DNA of 64,000 nucleotides from an uncultured Gammaproteobacteria bacterium. GTDB taxonomy: Bacteria; Patescibacteriota; Microgenomatia; Levybacterales; GWA1-39-11. Position numbers and translations under genes: made by a program. Each line of letters starts with the position of its first letter. Position 1 is the stretch's first letter. Under the pieces are notes generated by a model, which saw nothing but the letters and a program-made list of their open reading frames with translations, ran no database searches and had not been told where the DNA came from. Positions 63,611 through 64,000 of the stretch are shown piece by piece. The stretch lies in assembly GCA_964409875.1 (NCBI GenBank), contig CAYPEN010000002.1, positions 338,630-402,629 of the forward strand, given 5' to 3'.

Positions 63611-64000
63611 ATGTCACAAAAAGTTTTCTCAAAAACGTTAGACCTTAACGGTAAACAAATTACATTTGAAACAGGGACGCTTGCACAGCTTGCGACTTCC
63701 TCTGTTCTTGCACGGATGGGAGATACGGTTGTATTGGCAACCGTCACAATGGGAAGAAACGACACGACGCTTGATTATTTCCCACTTTCCGTTGAATACG
63801 TAGAGCATTTGTATGCCGGAGGCAAAATTAAAGGTTCCCGTTGGGTAAAGCGTGAAGGAAGACCTTCAGACGACGCAGTTTTAACAGGCCGTCTCATTGA
63901 CCGCTCAATCCGTCCGCTTTTCCCTAAAGAGTTAAAAAAAGACGTTCAAGTTATCGTGAATGTGTTGTCCGCAGACGGAGTAAACGACCCCGATATTCTC
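63611..64000 (+). CDS. pnp: Polynucleotide phosphorylase (PNPase), N-terminal part; continues beyond window
   Basis: N-terminal RNase PH-like core 1 motifs (FETGTLAQLATSSVLARMGDTVVLATV...GKIKGSRWVKREGRPSD). Confidence 0.9.
   Translation, partial: MSQKVFSKTLDLNGKQITFETGTLAQLATSSVLARMGDTVVLATVTMGRNDTTLDYFPLSVEYVEHLYAGGKIKGSRWVKREGRPSDDAVLTGRLIDRSIRPLFPKELKKDVQVIVNVLSADGVNDPDIL

Noticed and set aside
1-64000. CRISPR arrays, rRNA genes, transposases/IS elements, integrases, toxin-antitoxin or restriction-modification genes
   Set aside because: By eye I found none of the following: regularly spaced direct repeats, rRNA-like conserved blocks, DDE/HTH transposase motifs or terminal inverted repeats. 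The only notable DNA repeats are the pilin 81-mer pair and short in-gene codon repeats.

Overview
The window is gene-dense, AT-rich, and carries protein-coding genes on both strands. Gene content and architecture suggest a reduced-genome monoderm bacterium of the Candidate Phyla Radiation (Patescibacteria) type. This is an inference from gene content only; no tools or database searches were available.

Main content, in order along the window:
- A heat-shock block: Hsp20, then a separate hrcA-grpE-dnaK operon. The Hsp20 and hrcA promoters share a CIRCE-like operator. An unlinked dnaJ lacks the zinc finger and is preceded by a 36-aa relic of a duplicated J-domain start.
- A short pilin gene resembling the PF18895 'T4SS pilin' family, cotranscribed with a 743-aa polytopic membrane protein and a ClpC-like AAA+ chaperone.
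- A Pro-rich single-pass membrane protein overlapping a membrane-anchored thermolysin-type (M4) protease.
- SpeH, an EamA transporter, and a free-standing DUF2156 (MprF synthase-domain-like) gene.
- An 11-gene type IV pilus locus on the minus strand, 21.1-31.2 kb. It comprises an Hpt protein, two CheY-like receivers, PilB, PilC, a 159-aa pilin-like protein, a 987-aa giant pilin-like protein, two minor pilins, an unknown tail-anchored protein and two tandem major pilins, faced by a convergent GAF histidine kinase.
- A second ClpC paralogue whose first ATPase module has a degenerate Walker B.
- D-2-hydroxyacid dehydrogenase, a polyprenyl synthase, a TPR-linked GT-C glycosyltransferase beside Thr-rich secreted proteins, Tgt with a nucleoside deoxyribosyltransferase-like neighbour, and a SIMPL protein.
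- A MutY-like glycosylase without FeS cysteines, then a five-gene efflux operon (MacA-like adaptor, ABC ATPase, MacB/FtsX permease, a second adaptor, RND permease).
- A family of four repetitive Asn/Thr/Gly-rich secreted proteins, one of them LPATG-anchored with its own sortase.
- The nusA-infB-(DHH-like)-rpsO-pnp translation cluster.

No rRNA, tRNA, CRISPR array or transposase was recognised. The most unusual regions are the repetitive surface-protein/sortase family, the giant pilin inside a phosphorelay-flanked pilus operon, and the T4SS-pilin/membrane-protein/ClpC trio.
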